DNA of 64,000 bases from Terriglobia bacterium. GTDB taxonomy: Bacteria; Acidobacteriota; Terriglobia; JAJPHL01; JAPKYU01. Made by a program: the position numbers and the translations under genes. Every line of letters starts with the position of its first letter. Positions within the stretch are counted from its first letter, which is position 1. The notes under the pieces were generated by a model that saw only the letters and a list, made by a program, of their open reading frames with translations, had not been told where the DNA came from and searched no databases. Shown here in pieces: positions 9,688 through 18,770 of the stretch. The stretch covers positions 1,184,001 through 1,248,000 of the forward strand of contig CBDBKE010000004.1 in assembly GCA_965206645.1 (NCBI GenBank), in the 5' to 3' direction.

Positions 9688-9955
9688 ATGGAGTTGGGGC
9701 CGGACAGCAAGCTATCCGAAACGCAAACGCCGGAATTTGTGGGGGCTGGCGCGCTCCGTCCCTGGACGACCGGGGATTTGCCCCCCGCACCAGAAGGCGG
9801 CCTCGCCTATTGGAAGAAGGCGGTCGGGCCGGGACTGCTGCTTGCGGGCGCTTCGATTGGCGCTGGAGAGTGGCTGTTCGGACCGGCGGTCACGGCTCAA
9901 TATGGCGCCGCTCTCCTTTGGCTGGCCTTCCTCAGCATCGCCGGCCAGCTGTTTG
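9688..9955 (+). pseudogene. Nramp-like divalent metal transporter, N-terminal fragment
   Basis: DLPPAP...VGPGLLLAGASIGAGEWLFGPAVTAQYG..LLWL; breaks off into opposite-strand integrase sequence. Confidence 0.7.
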
Positions 9956-10258
9956 CAGGTGGGTCTTCTCGCTCCGGAAGGGTGGTTTGGATCGGTTCTC
10001 AAGGAACCAGTCCGCCCACTCGTTGAACCTGATCTCCCCGCCCGGCGCGGCGCTCGGCAGCAACCCCTCATCGCGGGCCACCAACCGTTTGCGCATCACC
10101 TTCTCGGCTTCCCCTTTTTCTCTCTGCCCTGTCGAGGTCTGTCTCCACCTCCCGTTCTGCTCTCGACAGCTCATCCACCAGACGCGCGAATTGCTCCGCA
10201 GGTACAGGCTACCAGCGGTATTTCTGGGTCTACCTGTCTTATTCATCGATTCCTCCAT
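9955..10258 (-). pseudogene. Tyrosine integrase N-terminal (arm-binding) fragment
   Basis: GSLYLR...VWWMSCRE.NGRWRQTSTG..EKGEAEKV.RKRL...IRFNEWADWFLE; no catalytic domain; coupled to an upstream excisionase-like ORF. Confidence 0.65.
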
Positions 10259-10469
10259 TTACATGAAATTGCTGGCGCCACTCGACCAGTTTCGACCGTC
10301 GGAAGCGGATCAAGCGGCCCATCATGCGGTAATGGGGAATCTGCTTTCGCTCGACGTAAGCATACACCAGCGAGGGGCTGACGCCCAGGAAGCGGGCGGC
10401 GGCCTTCACCGTGATCGGGGCATCTGTCGCTTCTCCGTCAAGACTCATCTTTCCCTCCCTACTCTCCAC
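10239..10469 (-). CDS. Excisionase-like helix-turn-helix protein
   Basis: ITVKAAARFLGVSPSLVYAYVERKQIPHYR..GRLIRFRRSKLVEW (HTH_17/Xis pattern). Confidence 0.85.
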   Translation of the reverse strand: MESREGKMSLDGEATDAPITVKAAARFLGVSPSLVYAYVERKQIPHYRMMGRLIRFRRSKLVEWRQQFHVNGGIDE

Positions 10470-10629
10470 GCCGGACCGAGCGCTCCGTCAGATCTACTTT
10501 CCGCTCCGGATCGGCGAGTCCGGCGGCCTGCGTCTTCGGGAAAGACGCCGTACTCCTGGGCGATCCAGGCCGGGACTTCCAGCGTCTCCTCACCGCCCCG
10601 GCCGAGCTCCCGGTCGAAGTCCTCCAGAG

Positions 10630-10760
10630 GGTACTGTCAAGTTAAGCAGTTTGGCGGCATTCTCGCCGCTCGCCGCCACCGCTAAGTCATTGATTCTCAG
10701 TCTCTGATCCAGCAGAATCCTTCCGCAAAACGGGCGGATTCTGCTCAACTTGACAGTACC
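10630..10760. mobile_element. 131-bp MITE-like element, copy 2 (same orientation as copy 1)
   Basis: Same TIRs and length as 2889-3019 with only a few substitutions. Confidence 0.85.
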
Positions 10761-10819
10761 TCCGCTGCTCCGCCGTTCGTTCTGCGTGGCGTGCCGCGGG
10801 CGTATAATCAGGTGCACCG

Positions 10820-11200
10820 ATGCACCTCTTTGCGTTGTCTCGCGCTGCGAGGGTGCTTGCGTGGGTTCGACGGCCTCGTTCTGTTTCTCCGGTCTTCCGC
10901 TCCACTGCGATCCTGTCAGCCAGCCTGGTGTTGCTGCTGGCGGGCGGCTGCGGTAGTGGCGAGGCCCCATCTTTCCGAACGGAGGAGACGGAAGCCCCCG
11001 AGCCACCCAAGGAAGTCACCGGGCGCCAGGCCTTTCAGAACATGTTTGTGGCTGCGCGTTCCTGGGCACGCGATGCGAAGCCCTTTCACCTCACCAACTT
11101 CTATCTAAAGCAATCCACCGGAGTCGGGGGCTTAGCCACTGCCTGGACCGCCAGCTTCGCCTCTCCCTCCCTGCGGAAGTACAAAACCTATACCTACTTA
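10820..11200 (+). pseudogene. Putative lipoprotein, 3'-truncated
   Basis: LVLLLAGGC lipobox-like signal, then TGRQAFQNMFVAARSWARDAKP...WTASFASPSLRKYKTYTY; composition changes abruptly at ~11200. Start uncertain. Confidence 0.45.
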
Positions 11201-11399
11201 AACAAGTTCGTCATAGTCTCTCCGGGGCTGTGCGTTGTAATCCGATGTCTTGGAATAATCCGGGATCTCCGATTTGAGCTTCCCCTTGGCCCAGAAGCAT
11301 ACGCCAGTGATCTTCTGTGTCAAGCTCAGACACCAGCGTAGAGAGAAGTGGGAGTCTCAGAGCGAGTCCCCGTACCGGTCCCCCCAGGGGGTGCTCTGA

Positions 11400-11550
11400 G
11401 GCCAATACAGATCCATCTGTTGCGGAGAGCAAAACTGCCGGTTCCCGACGTAAAACCTTTCTCGGTACCCCCGGTGCCTGTGCGGTTGCTCACCCAAGAT
11501 GAAAAGCTGCGTCTTTTCCGAACCGCTGCTAGCAACCCCGATTGGCTTCA
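11400..11550 (+). pseudogene. Short remnant of a phage-type integrase
   Basis: LLRRAKL..PDVKPF...VRLLTQDEKLRLFRTAASNPDW resembles the linker ahead of a tyrosine recombinase catalytic domain. Confidence 0.4.
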
Positions 11551-11659
11551 CAACCGCTTCAGTCTACTCCCTCGGCGATAGGTGTTGGGCAACAAGCGGT
11601 GTTGAGGAACCCTTGCCGAAATTAGGCCTTCGCTAGGTTAAGTAAGTGTCTATCTATGC

Positions 11660-11775
11660 TGCCACGCCGCCCACTTGGATGTATAACGCCCTAACCGGAT
11701 AAGTGCCCTCGTAACACGCAGTGACGCTGCCTCAAGGTAGGCACTTGTCCGGTAAGCCGACTATACGTCCATGTG
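11660..11775. repeat. 116-bp structured (nested palindromic) repeat, copy 1
   Basis: 8 mismatches to 15198-15313; stems CACTTGGATGTATA/TATACGTCCATGTG and CCGGATAAGTGCC/GGCACTTGTCCGG. Confidence 0.88.
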
Positions 11776-11898
11776 GAACTTGGTCGAGGCCCGCTTCCAC
11801 GGCTTGGCTAGGGGCGGGAGCCGATGCGCGTTGACCGGCTCGGGGGCGCGCCTGGCACAAGCAAGAGCGGGTGAAGGAGACTCCTGGGCTGGACAGGA

Positions 11899-13602
11899 CT
11901 ACTCGCTGGCCTCGGCTTCCATGAATGCCCGGAGCTTGCGGCTGCGGCTGGGGTGGCGCAGCTTGCGGAGGGCCTTGGCCTCGATCTGACGGATGCGCTC
12001 GCGCGTGACTGCGAAGCTCTGGCCGACCTCCTCCAGGGTGTGCTCGCTGCCGTCCTCCAATCCGAAGCGCATCTTGACCACCTTCTCCTCGCGCGGGGTC
12101 AGCGACTTGAGCACGTGGTCGGTCTGCTCCTTCAGGTTGAGGTTGATGACGGCCTCGACCGGGGAGACCACGCCGCGATCCTCGATGAAGTCGCCCAGGT
12201 GGGAATCCTCCTCTTCGCCGATGGGCGTTTCCAGCGAGATGGGCTCCTGGGCGATCTTGCGCGCCTTGCGCACCTTATCCACCGAGATCTCCATGCGCTT
12301 GCCGATCTCCTCGCTGGTGGGTTCGCGACCGTACTCCTGCACCAACTGGCGCGAGGTGCGGATGAGCTTATTGATCGTCTCGATCATATGCACCGGGATG
12401 CGGATGGTCCGGGCCTGGTCGGCGATGGCACGCGTGATCGCCTGACGAACCCACCAGGTGGCGTAGGTGGAGAACTTGTAGCCGCGGCGGTATTCGAATT
12501 TATCCACCGCTTTCATCAGTCCGATGTTGCCCTCCTGGATCAAGTCCAGGAACTGGAGGCCGCGGTTGGGGTACTTCTTGGCAATGGAGACCACCAGGCG
12601 CAGGTTGGCTTCGACCATCTCCCGCTTGGCCGCTTCGGCCTCCTGTTCCCCGCGCCGGATGATTTGCAAGGTGCGGCGCAGTTCCAGCGCCGAGGCCCCG
12701 GCTTCTTCCTCGATATGCGCGACCTTGGTCTTCAGGTGGCGCATCTGCCGCCGAAGCTCCTTGCTCTCGTCTTCCTTGCCGGCCGCCTGGAGCTTCCTCT
12801 CAATCCGGCCAATGTCGCGCTCCAGCGGGCGCAGGCTATCCACCACCCTGTCAATGTGGTCAATCAAGTGCTTGCGTTCCAAGTGGGTGAACTCTATGGA
12901 ACGGATTTTGCGGGAGATCTGGATCACCACCCTGGCCAGCGCGAAGCGGTAGCGACGGAAATCGCGTGGCTTCTTGGTCTTGGAGACCAGCGCCAGCTTC
13001 TGCCGCCACTGGATGCTCTTCTTGTACAGCTTGTTGCTCCCGTCCACGATCCCGATGACTTCTTCCAGCCTCTCCTGCATTCGCTCATCGGTGAGCTCGT
13101 CGTCATTGAAGACGATAACCCCTTTGATGGACCTCGCCTCTGACTTCAACTCCTCGCCCAGCTTCTGGATTTCCCGGATGATGATCGGGGAGCGGGACAT
13201 GGCCTTCATCACGTTGTTCTGGCCGCGCTCGATCCGTTTGGCGATCTCCACCTCGCCCTCCCGGGTCAGCAGGGGCACCGTGCCCATCTCCCGCAGGTAC
13301 ATGCGAACTGGATCGTTGGTTTTGTCCAGCGAGCCGGGCGTCAGGTCCAGCTCGAGTTCCTCGCCGGCTTCGTCCAGCTTCTTGTCGAAATCCAGCTTGT
13401 CCTCGCCCAGCTTGGTCCCGCCTTCAATGACCTCCATGCCGCCGCCGCCAAAGGTGGTCAGAAGGTCCTCGACGTCGTCCAGCGCCGTGGGGGACTCCGG
13501 GGCCGCCGCCTCGCCGTTGTCGTCGTAAAGCAGATAGCCCTTCTGCTTCCCGCCTATGTGAAGCAACTGTTTAATGTGGTCGAATTTGTCTTCGATGGCC
13601 AA
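11899..13602 (-). CDS. rpoD: RNA polymerase primary sigma factor RpoD
   Basis: Region 1.2 [11 protein letters not shown], region 2 [39 protein letters not shown], region 4 [30 protein letters not shown]; TTG start at 13602 after GGAGAGGAG. Confidence 0.95.
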   Translation of the reverse strand: MAIEDKFDHIKQLLHIGGKQKGYLLYDDNGEAAAPESPTALDDVEDLLTTFGGGGMEVIEGGTKLGEDKLDFDKKLDEAGEELELDLTPGSLDKTNDPVRMYLREMGTVPLLTREGEVEIAKRIERGQNNVMKAMSRSPIIIREIQKLGEELKSEARSIKGVIVFNDDELTDERMQERLEEVIGIVDGSNKLYKKSIQWRQKLALVSKTKKPRDFRRYRFALARVVIQISRKIRSIEFTHLERKHLIDHIDRVVDSLRPLERDIGRIERKLQAAGKEDESKELRRQMRHLKTKVAHIEEEAGASALELRRTLQIIRRGEQEAEAAKREMVEANLRLVVSIAKKYPNRGLQFLDLIQEGNIGLMKAVDKFEYRRGYKFSTYATWWVRQAITRAIADQARTIRIPVHMIETINKLIRTSRQLVQEYGREPTSEEIGKRMEISVDKVRKARKIAQEPISLETPIGEEEDSHLGDFIEDRGVVSPVEAVINLNLKEQTDHVLKSLTPREEKVVKMRFGLEDGSEHTLEEVGQSFAVTRERIRQIEAKALRKLRHPSRSRKLRAFMEAEASE

Positions 13603-13795
13603 ACCTGCCAACTCCTCTCCAGAACGCCGCCGGCCAGAGGTGGGCCGACACAGACACACTCCAGCCCTTTAGATTAGACGATTTAACTAACAGCGTGTTG
13701 CTCGCTGGTTACCCTGAGCCGTCAAGGCGTGCAAATCTTCTGTAATTATCCTCAGGTCACGTTTCTGAACCAGATCGGAGGTATGGGCCCTAACT

Positions 13796-14147
13796 TGAGC
13801 CGCATTCATTTTCCGTTGGGCATTTTCTGCCTCATTCCATGATGGCATGGCAAAAGGAATTATAGAACTCAAGCATCTGCTGATCTGGCAGGACCTCGAC
13901 GAACTCCACGCCGCAGCCATGCACTTGGTGGCGTACTAAACGATCTCTTCGGCCTCACCTAGGGAGAACCGCAAATAACGATCTATTCTGCCCGGCGCCG
14001 ATCCAGGTCGCTCCTTCGACGTGGCCCGCTACGCCGTTCCGGGAAGACAAAGCTCCAGTTCCTCAACCTCCGGCAGGTAGGGCAGTATTTCTCGACAGGA
14101 TTTTCCTTCATACCTTCTGGCGATTGGTCATCATGAATGAGGAGAGA
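13796..14147. repeat. Diverged duplication copy B
   Basis: Aligns to 5370-5732 with scattered substitutions and small indels. Confidence 0.85.
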
Positions 14148-14192
14148 CGTGCAGATGCCACAGCTTTCGCACTTGAAGACGCGGGATGGCAT
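13983..14192 (-). CDS. Small zinc-ribbon-like protein with Arg-rich tail
   Basis: CESC...CPTC pairs, tail ERRSGPRRRSDLDRRR; conserved in the paralogous copy at ~5570-5732. Confidence 0.6.
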   Translation of the reverse strand: MPSRVFKCESCGICTSLLIHDDQSPEGMKENPVEKYCPTCRRLRNWSFVFPERRSGPRRRSDLDRRRAE

Positions 14193-14378
14193 TTGGCTCG
14201 GCTTCGGCCGCTTCGCCCAAGTGATTCTGACGTCCGACGGCTTCCTCCTTGCTCCCAGGGCGGCCCAATCATCCTCATCCCAAAACCCCAGAAGATTTGA
14301 ACCTGGAACTAACCAGCAGGCTGTTTGTGTCTCGGCAGGGTGATAGCTGACAGGCTGCCTGAACGCTGCCCGTCCGCC

Positions 14379-14594
14379 TCAGCTCGGCCAGCGCGCCAGC
14401 AGCAGGATCTTCCCGGTGGGAAGATGCGCGATATAGAAACTCTCGCCCGCCCACTCCAGGACGAACAGGTAGGGATGGCGGGGATCTGGCCGGGCCGGGC
14501 AGTTTTGTTCCAAAGCCCCCCCAAGCCGTTCGACGACTTCTGGCCCGTAACCGCGGACATCGTCGACCGCAGACGCAATCCCAGCGGCCATCAT
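14379..14594 (-). CDS. Hypothetical protein
   Basis: Protein-like 71-aa ORF (DVRGYGPEVVERL...ARPDPRHPYLFVLE...FYI...GKILLLARW); start uncertain. Confidence 0.55.
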   Translation of the reverse strand: MMAAGIASAVDDVRGYGPEVVERLGGALEQNCPARPDPRHPYLFVLEWAGESFYIAHLPTGKILLLARWPS

Positions 14595-15197
14595 TGCCAC
14601 ATTGCCTCCTGAGGCTCTAAACACGTTAGTCAATGCAAAGTTTCTCCACAGGGAAATCCCTTGAAACCGCAATTCTTAAGGGAGGTTTTCACGAAAGAAA
14701 TAGAGCCGATCTTAATTGGTCGAACCCACCGCCATCATAAGAACATATCAAGTATGACCCTTCGGTCACCGTAAAGATACTGCATATAGGTGAACTGCGT
14801 GATAATGGGGCTCAGCGGGCTTCCGGTAGCCTTGAGGCGGAATTTCCGATTTGAGTTCATCCCCTACAGTCCCCATGACACATGTGAATCAAGCCGGAAT
14901 TAGCTTTTTGGCCCTCCGGCACTCGTGAGTATACAACCATTGGCCTCCAACTGAACCCTTCCAGCACAGTTCTTCTCTCTGGGGGCTCCGAGCGGTCCTC
15001 GCCGGGTCCTGAAAGCCCGTCGTCTCGGCTTATGAAGGCTCCAATGCCCACCATAAAGGGTCCCATCTAGCCCGGCTCGGCTCTCTTCGCTAGGGTTGGC
15101 TCGCAGAGCGGGTTAAAATGGCGGCTTCAGGGGGGAGGACTACTGATGCCGAAGTATCGCATCAAGAACAAGCAACCGCCGGCGCCTCGTCCGGCGG

Positions 15198-15313
15198 TGC
15201 CACGCCGTCCACTTGGCTGTATAACGCGCTAACCGGACAAGTGCCCTCGTAACACGCAGTGACGCTGCCTTAAGGTAGGCACTTGTCCGGATAGCCGACT
15301 ATACGTCCAAGTG
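15198..15313. repeat. 116-bp structured repeat, copy 2 (direct orientation)
   Basis: Perfect 13-bp stem CCGGACAAGTGCC/GGCACTTGTCCGG; matches 11660-11775. Confidence 0.88.
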
Positions 15314-15695
15314 ACCGCTGACGTCAGAGAAGGAGCCGCAAGGCGCTGGGGTACTTTCCGAGTCGGCGAGCATTCGGAAGTTGGCAGCCGGACCGGAAAG
15401 AACTAGCGGACAGTGAATCACCGGGCGGTAACAAAGGGCAAAAACCACCGCGATCGGCAGCAGCACGAGCAGCCACATGCCGAATCGGATTCGGCGTTCG
15501 CGGCGAATTTTTAACCCTGCGCCGTCGATGGTTCCGCCCATATCACACCCTACCCAACCGGAGACTGTTTAATGGGCCACGGACGTGGGTGGACTCTTGC
15601 TCAATATCTAGCGCTTGGCTGGACTTCAAAGCAATGGCCTGTTGGTGCCATGAGTCCACACCGCGCCGGGCCTCACGAAGGTAATATCTGCAGGT

Positions 15696-16727
15696 TTACA
15701 CGATGTGAAGAGGTACGACCCGACTCTCGTTTGCAGATCGATAGATGGCCTGCATGATGGTGACGTCCTTCAAGCCATCGGCGCCGCTGGGTTCGGGGTC
15801 GCGGCGGCGGCGGATGGCATCCGCAAAGGCGTCGAGTTCGAGAGCGAACTCATCCAGTGGTCTAAACTTCTTTTCAAACCACCGCCCGCCGATCTCTCCA
15901 AACATCCGGCGCTCTATGCCGACATGGAATACCGGGTTGACAGTGACCCAGCCTTTGTCGCCGATAACGTGGAAAAATGATGACGCCGCGCCGCCGAAAC
16001 TCGAGCTGGCCTGAAGGATGATTCCCCCGGGAAACTTGAGCTGGAATGCGATATGTTCCTCAACCTCGCGAAAGCCCGCTGGGTCGTGAGTCCAGGCATA
16101 GGCGAGGGCCTCCACCGGATCCCGCCCCAAGAGCCAGCGTGATGTGTTGATGCAATAGATCCCCAGGTCGAAGAGAGAGCCGCCGCCCGCCTGTTTCTTT
16201 TCGAAGTGCCATGGCAGGGCGCCAGGTGTGCCCGGAGAGAGATTGATCGCAAGCGCCGAGTGCAGTAATTTGAGCCGGCCGAGTTTGCCGCTCGTAAACA
16301 GTTTCTTCAGCAGGAGCGTCGCGGGATCGAAATATTTGCGGTATGCGATCATCAGCCGGACGTTGCGGGCGCGGCAGGCTTCGATGATTTGCCGGCATTC
16401 CCCGGCCGAGTTCGCCATGGGCTTTTCGCAAAGGACGTGCTTGCCAGATTGGGCGGCTCGTATCGAGTATTCTGCGTGCGTCCCGTTGGACGTGGCAATG
16501 AAAACGGCGTTCACCTTGGGGTGGTTGAGAGCAAGGACATAGTCGTCGTACGTGTAGTAATCGCTGGCCCCGAACTTTCGCGCCAGTCGACGGGCTTTCC
16601 GCGCGTCCCCGCTTACCAGCGCCACGAGCTTGGCTTTTTTGCTGTGGCGAAAGGCCGGCAAAACGGCGACCTCCGAGATATGTCCAAGGCCAACTACCGC
16701 GTAACCAATCTGCGTCTTCAGTGACAT
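15696..16727 (-). CDS. Gfo/Idh/MocA-family oxidoreductase
   Basis: IGYAVVGLGHI, GKHVLCEKPMA, AGGGSLFDLGIYCIN. Confidence 0.93.
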   Translation of the reverse strand: MSLKTQIGYAVVGLGHISEVAVLPAFRHSKKAKLVALVSGDARKARRLARKFGASDYYTYDDYVLALNHPKVNAVFIATSNGTHAEYSIRAAQSGKHVLCEKPMANSAGECRQIIEACRARNVRLMIAYRKYFDPATLLLKKLFTSGKLGRLKLLHSALAINLSPGTPGALPWHFEKKQAGGGSLFDLGIYCINTSRWLLGRDPVEALAYAWTHDPAGFREVEEHIAFQLKFPGGIILQASSSFGGAASSFFHVIGDKGWVTVNPVFHVGIERRMFGEIGGRWFEKKFRPLDEFALELDAFADAIRRRRDPEPSGADGLKDVTIMQAIYRSANESRVVPLHIV

Positions 16728-16856
16728 TTATCCCTACAACTCCCGGTCGACCGCCCACCGCCGGTCATTAGGTAGTTTCATTATCATCCTGACCTGACCG
16801 GCACTTTTTGTACCAAGTGGAAAGAGAGAGAATCCACTTGAGGAGGAAGTGAGGTC

Positions 16857-17135
16857 ATGCCGACAAGGAGTTACAAGCCGGAGCAGATTGTAGCGGTGCT
16901 ACGGCAGATAGAAGTGCAGATGGGGAACGGGAAGACTGCGCCCCAAGCCTGCAAAGAAGCTGGAATCCACACCCAAACCTACTACCGGTGGCGGAAGGAA
17001 TACGGCGGGCTGAAGGTGGTGCAGGCAAAACGGCTAAAGGAGTTGGAGAAGGAAAACACGCGGCTGAAGCGGTTGGTAGCGGAGCTTTCTCTGGAGAAGC
17101 AGGTGCTGCGGGATGTGGCACAGGGAAACTTCTGA
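16857..17135 (+). CDS. IS3 transposase OrfA
   Basis: YKPEQIVAVLRQIE...QTYYRWRKEYGGL...KELEKENTRLK; GGGAAAC slippery site. Confidence 0.92.
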   Translation: MPTRSYKPEQIVAVLRQIEVQMGNGKTAPQACKEAGIHTQTYYRWRKEYGGLKVVQAKRLKELEKENTRLKRLVAELSLEKQVLRDVAQGNF

Positions 17136-18007
17136 GCCCTGAGCGGCGGCGTTGTGCGGTGGAGCGTGCGTGGGAGCAACACGGGTTGTCGGAACGGCAT
17201 GCCTGCCGGCTGCTGGGGCAATGGCGAGGGACACAACGATACGAGCCGATTCATCGGGTGGACGAGGATGCTCTGACCCGAGCGATCATTGCCCTGGGAG
17301 CGAAGTACGGGCGATATGGCTACCGGAGGATCACAGCGTTGCTGCGGAGTGCGGGCTGGGAAGTGGGCAAGGACCGGGTGCAGCGGATTTGGCGGCGGGA
17401 AGGGCTGAAAGTGCCGCAAAAACAAAGGCCGCGAGGACGGCTGTGGCTGAACGACGGTTCCTGTGTACGACTGAGGCCGGAGCGACCGAACCACGTGTGG
17501 AGCTACGACTTCATGAGTGCCAGAACGCACGAGGGGAGAACGCTGCGGCTGCTGACCTTGCTGGATGAGTACACGCGGGAATGCCTGGCGATCCGGGTGG
17601 AGCGGAGGATGGGCAGCCAACAAATCATTGAGGCGTTGTCGGACGTGATGTTGTGGCGAGGGATACCGGAACAGATTCGATCCGACAATGGTCCCGAGTT
17701 CATCGCCAAACAACTGCGCCAGTGGTTGGCAAATCTAGGGACCGGGACACTGTACATCGAACCGGGCAGTCCCTGGGAGAACGGGTACTGCGAGAGTTTC
17801 AATGGGAAGCTGCGGGACGAATGCCTGAATGGAGAGATCTTCTACTCGTTGAAGGAGGCACAGGTGGTGATTGAACAGTGGAGGGTGCAATACAACACGG
17901 TGCGGCCGCACTCGGCGCTCGGCTATAGGCCCCCGGCGCCGGGGGCCTATAGCCCTCCCCTGCCACTGAAACCAGTGACTGGCTCTATAGCCCTCCCCTG
18001 CCACTGA
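17120..18007 (+). CDS. IS3 transposase OrfB (DDE)
   Basis: YGYRRIT, WSYDF, RSDNGPEF, ESFNGKLRDE, RPHSALGYRPP. Confidence 0.92.
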   Translation, partial: TGKLLSPERRRCAVERAWEQHGLSERHACRLLGQWRGTQRYEPIHRVDEDALTRAIIALGAKYGRYGYRRITALLRSAGWEVGKDRVQRIWRREGLKVPQKQRPRGRLWLNDGSCVRLRPERPNHVWSYDFMSARTHEGRTLRLLTLLDEYTRECLAIRVERRMGSQQIIEALSDVMLWRGIPEQIRSDNGPEFIAKQLRQWLANLGTGTLYIEPGSPWENGYCESFNGKLRDECLNGEIFYSLKEAQVVIEQWRVQYNTVRPHSALGYRPPAPGAYSPPLPLKPVTGSIALPCH

Positions 18008-18014
18008 AACCAGT
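17947..18014. repeat. 30-bp direct duplication with 8-bp spacer inside IS3 orfB 3' end
   Basis: CTATAGCCCTCCCCTGCCACTGAAACCAGT at 17947-17976 and 17985-18014. Confidence 0.9.
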
Positions 18015-18077
18015 TTCACAGCCCCAGGCTGCGATGTGAACTCTCACTACGGTTGGTACAAAAAATCGGTCTGGTCA

Positions 18078-18756
18078 CTGCCACATTGTGGGAAGTGCGC
18101 TCCCTAAGACCCGGAATACGCTCCGCGACGTCCTTGCGGAATTCGAATCTAGTAACCAAAGGGTACTTAGCATCAAAATTCCCTCTGACTTGAACGCTAA
18201 CGTGGTTGCTAATCTTAACGTCAGTGTAGACTAGGAACGCGCGAATTGCCGCCTGGACTGGGTTAAGGTTCATTAACGGCTGAATCCGTGAGTCGAGAAC
18301 TACTTCTTGACATCGCGAGAACAACCACAAGCAGGTTCCTCCCAACTCAGGGTTATCTTCTAGGCCGGGCTTCTCATCGGCCAGTCGAGACAGGAAAACT
18401 ATAAGCCACTCGTTCTTCTTAGGCTTAACGCGTGTTCCCTTGTACCTAAATAGACCGCAGAAAAAGTCGGTGGGGTCTGACGATAGCGCTACAGCTACGG
18501 CGAGTTCGTTCGGGCAGTCGCGTAATAGGCGAATCGCGGAAGGAATGTCGCGCAAGCGTACCAGATGCTCCGCCACGAGGTATTCCTGGATTGATTTGTG
18601 AGAGAACTCATAAGTATCGTAGGTGGCTTTGATAATTATCCCTGTGTGTGATTCGATTTCCCTGCAGACTGTGTCGGCGTCGATTGCCGGTAGGTTAAAT
18701 CTCCTGCATATCAACAAGTAGATTTCGCGTAGCTTGGCGAGAGTGAAGGAGGTCCC
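18078..18756 (-). pseudogene. NACHT/STAND NTPase fragment (winged-helix and C-terminal region) cut by IS3 on both sides
   Basis: EIESHTGII...YEFSHKSIQEYLVAEHL matches the F.H.S.QEY..A STAND motif; AT-richer than flanks; no Walker A. Confidence 0.7.
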
Positions 18757-18770
18757 TGACCTGCCCCCGG

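Larger units (their letters stand above)
16790..18077 (+). mobile_element. IS3-family insertion sequence
   Basis: Imperfect TIRs TGACCTGACCGGCACTTTTTGTACCA / TGGTACAAAAAATCGGTCTGGTCA; no target duplication seen. Confidence 0.9.

Noticed and set aside
11660-11775. 6S RNA, SRP RNA or tRNA identity for the structured repeat
   Set aside because: Too short for 6S with no large central bubble; no SRP GNRA-loop motif, T-loop or CCA seen.
5370-15313. Diversity-generating retroelement TR/VR pairs among the duplications
   Set aside because: Mismatches are not confined to adenines and no reverse transcriptase is present.
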